Below, one piece after another: positions 61,011 through 64,000 of a stretch of 64,000 bases of DNA (its first letter is position 1; the number at the start of each line of letters is the position of its first letter). The position numbers and the translations under genes were made by a program. The notes beneath the pieces are model-generated. The model did not search any database. It was not told the origin of the DNA and was given only the letters and a program-made list of their open reading frames with translations. Source of the DNA: Atractiella rhizophila (Eukaryota); the NCBI GenBank assembly GCA_021432655.1, contig MU271232.1, forward strand, positions 38,361-102,360, given 5' to 3'.

Positions 61011-62782
61011 ATGCAACGATTCTATCAGAACAAGACTCTTGAGACTTATGCCTCCCGCGCCGTATTCCCCATCTCACTACGGCAGTTGATATTCTTCGGG
61101 AGGCAGACTAGGCTACGTGATGGAGTGGACAAGAAGGAGACTGAACGGAGGTTGATCAAGGGTGCAAACTTTGTATGTTTTCTTTGAGCCCAGTAAGAGA
61201 ATTGCGGAAGCGTGGGATATACGGAGAGTACGTGTGATACGTCCAGAATATTGATGAGAAGTCCCACAACGAACAAATTGCTGCACGAGATTTTACGTAC
61301 GGATTTGGTTGGCTGATATGTGCTGTTCAGCTGCAAACGGAGCTTCCTATCCGCCTCTCCCATCGCGTGAGAGACCTTCAATCACTACCATTCATTGTAG
61401 CGACACATCCCTCGCTGGAACTGGTGTACAGCCTGTACCAAGATGCCTTCGAGCGGTCCGTCTCCTCTTTTCACATGCACCACCCTTTGGCTGAACGAAA
61501 TTCTGGAGCAGTATACGAAACTACCCCACTGTTACGACGTTAGACGAGAACGAGGATTTCTGCGAGTTCATGACCAAGTTGATGGGCAAGCACCAGGTTG
61601 TCATTCCCCAGCTAGCAATCGCGTGCGTCTCTCCTTCCCTCCAGATGCGGGGCAAGCGCTAATGAAAGACATTAGCCTAGCAGAGGCTCCTAAGACCGCT
61701 CTTCCCATTTCGACACTAGACGCCTTCCTCACCCGCATGTTGCGTTCACGCATATCAAGACGAGTGATGACCTCTCAACACATCGCACTTTCGCGCCAGT
61801 TTGAAGAGGGAAAGGAGGATGGGTATGTTGGGATCGTGAATACAAAGCTGAAGCCGGACAACGCGGTGCGGAAATGTGCGAAGATGTTGAGGTTGCAGGA
61901 GGCGGGAGGGGAAAAGGTGGATGACAAGCGAGGGAGTATAATTATTGATATTGTTGGTGATGGTGAACGAGAATTTCCTTACGTGGAGGAACATCTTGAG
62001 TCAGTTTTGCCTTCTCTCATTTCTTCGTGTCGGGCTAATACTGATGGAGAAAAGATACGTGATATTTGAGCTCCTCAAGAACTCTATAAGAGCTACGAGA
62101 GAGAAACACCCGGAGCGTCCTGAAGACTTTCCCATCACTGCCACGGTGGTGATGGGCGAGCGCACGGTGACCATTCGAATATCGGATCAAGGTATGTACC
62201 TCCCCTTTAGTCAGCCTCTGCTCAAAGACAATAGGTGGTGGCATCCCTCGACTCTCTCCCGAACCAGCAAGTATTCCAACAGATCCAGATAGCATTTCTT
62301 CCTCTTCATCCTCCTCCCTTCTGACCCCACTGTTCTCGACCGCCGCTCGTCGGGAGATCTTTTCTTTCGGACACATGCATTCACGCACCAATCTCATGCC
62401 GAACGACACAATGTTCGAAAAGGAGATGATTGCCAAAACATGGAGGGAGGCGAAGCTGGAAGGGACGGTGAAAGAGCAATTTCCAACGGAAAAATCCGAA
62501 AAGGGGGAAAGGCGGAAGAGAGATGGAGCGAAGGAAAAGGAAAATGGAACTATGAGGGACTTTTTTGTTTGGGAGAAGAGGAGGTTGGGATTGGGATTGA
62601 CATTGAGCAGAATATATGCAGAGTATTTTGGTTCGTTCTTTGGGTTCTTGCTCTGAAGGGGGAAGGCTGACCAGAGCATGGGAACAGGTGGATCGATAAA
62701 AGTCTATTCGATGGACAATTATGGCAGTGATGCTTATTTCTCGGTACCAAGAGTTGGAGACACCGTTGAAGCGTCGTCTTAA
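61011..62782 (+). CDS. Mitochondrial alpha-ketoacid dehydrogenase kinase (PDK/BCKDK family)
   Basis: RFYQN...ISLRQLIFFGR, ELPIRLSHRVRDLQSLPF, SRISRRV, YVIFELLKNSIRAT, IRISDQ|GGG and LGLGLTLSRIYAEYF|GG. A short upstream exon is possible. Confidence 0.88.
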
Positions 62783-63038
62783 GCTGTCCGCGAACTCAAA
62801 GAAAAGATGTATACATTTACACACTGTTTTGTTCCATTTATATCATCTGGTCTCTAACCCCTTTGTTAAATGTGAATGCACACTTGCAAGGGAGTCATTT
62901 GCGGCCAAGTGGCTGACAAACGAAATGAGAGCTACACATGCAGGACAGGACGAATCATTCAATTCACAATAACGCTATTTCACAGCTTCCCAACATATAC
63001 ACAGCACAGAATCTCTCGAAATCCCCTTACGCACGCCA

Positions 63039-63923
63039 CTAAGTATAATGAACAGCATGTCCTCCTTTCCTTCCTTCAGTGACAGGATCGGGTCCAGAAG
63101 AACCGCCAAAGCCGTGCGAAGGCAGGACTCGTTTGTCAACCGATCCGTCCTTCTTCAATCCATCTATCCGAAACATGAGCACTTAAAGTGGTTGGGAGAG
63201 TGATAGTGTGAAGACGGACCATGCTCAGACGGCTTGTAAATTGGGCCTTTGCTTCCAGCTCTCCCAGTGGATTGCTCAGGTTCAGCAGTCTTATTTTCAC
63301 GGAAACGCATATCTGGGGCTCCATCCTTCTTGATATGTGCCTCGTGACCCACTTTTCAGGTATGATTAGCGTCGAAGACAGGAACAGAGCGAATACGAAC
63401 ACTCAGGTTCGTGGCTTTGCATCCTCTTATCAATCCCTCCATCTTTGGTCAGTCCCCCTATACCATATCTCCATTAGCTCACGCACGCAGAAGGAAAAAA
63501 GGACGAACCATGCTCGGAAGGCTTGTACTTAGCGCTCCCGCCTGCACTTTCCTCAGGCTCAGCAGTTTTGTTCTCTCTGAACCTTTGATCTGGTGCACCG
63601 TCCTTCCTCAAATGGCTAGACTTTCCCGTAGGAGATTCGGGTTCGGCAGTCTTGTTCTCTCGAAACCTGTGGTCTGGAGTACCGTCTTTCTTCAAGTGAC
63701 CGGATGGAGGCGTTGGCGACACAGGTTCAGCGGTTTTGTTCTCGCGGAATCTGTGATCGGGAGAACCGTCCTTCTTGAGATGTGCAGTTTGAGCTGAAGA
63801 TTCCTGATTCTCCCTAATCCAAATGAAAATACGTTAGTTTCCATATTTCAATTGAAGCTAGGCTTGAAAGAGAACGCACTTGTATCGCTTGTCAGGAGTT
63901 CCGTCTTTCTTGTAATGGGTCAT
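63039..63923 (-). CDS. Hydrophilic repeat protein (seven KDGxxDxR motifs plus a C-terminal GRKGG), hydrophilin/stress-protein-like
   Basis: Five exons splice in frame to MTHYKKDGTPDKRYKENQ...(HLKKDGxPDxRFRENKTAEP)n...YKPSEHDGLKKDGSVDKR...HGFGG...EGRKGGHAVHYT*. Confidence 0.8.
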
Positions 63924-64000
63924 TTTGGTAATGTTTTAATGTGTGCTTGAAGTGGTGGGTTCTGGGTTCTGATCTAGACGGAAAAAAGCAGATGGAAGAG

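Noticed and set aside
61173..61330. Possible C/D snoRNA in kinase intron 1
   Set aside because: Same problem: the D-box coincides with the branch site and there is no convincing guide.

Overview
Gene-dense, intron-rich fungal nuclear DNA. It looks basidiomycete from protein similarity and the ~45-60 nt introns with relaxed GT(G/A/T/C)(C/A)GT donors; finer taxonomy cannot be established here. I reconstructed about 25 spliced genes by hand. They include a DUF726/TMCO4-like lipase, SRP14, two DUF6533-like membrane paralogs, NFU1, PEX14, three F-box-like genes, a USP12/46 (CreB)-type deubiquitinase, a flavin monooxygenase and an oxidosqualene cyclase. Also present are SEC12, a beta-lactamase-family hydrolase, an alpha/beta-hydrolase, PDCD5, DPH7, SEC31, a peroxisomal 4CL-like ligase, a GT15 mannosyltransferase, an SPT small subunit, a PDK/BCKDK-type kinase, a KDGxPDxR/KGG repeat hydrophilin and one tRNA-Arg(CCG). 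Two blunt-junction tandem duplications (857-7170 and 41975-45490) cut genes mid-way and look like both haplotypes assembled in tandem. The main unexplained structures are four: a ~170-bp exon+intron repeat array that appears to form a five-intron, ATG-free 5' leader for an orphan ORF; four unusually long introns, several hairpin-rich; a start codon split by an intron; and a divergent cyclase whose catalytic motif (DTTAE) sits on a 16-nt microexon. I found no transposase, CRISPR or rRNA. Family assignments come from recognising motifs by eye, not from database searches.
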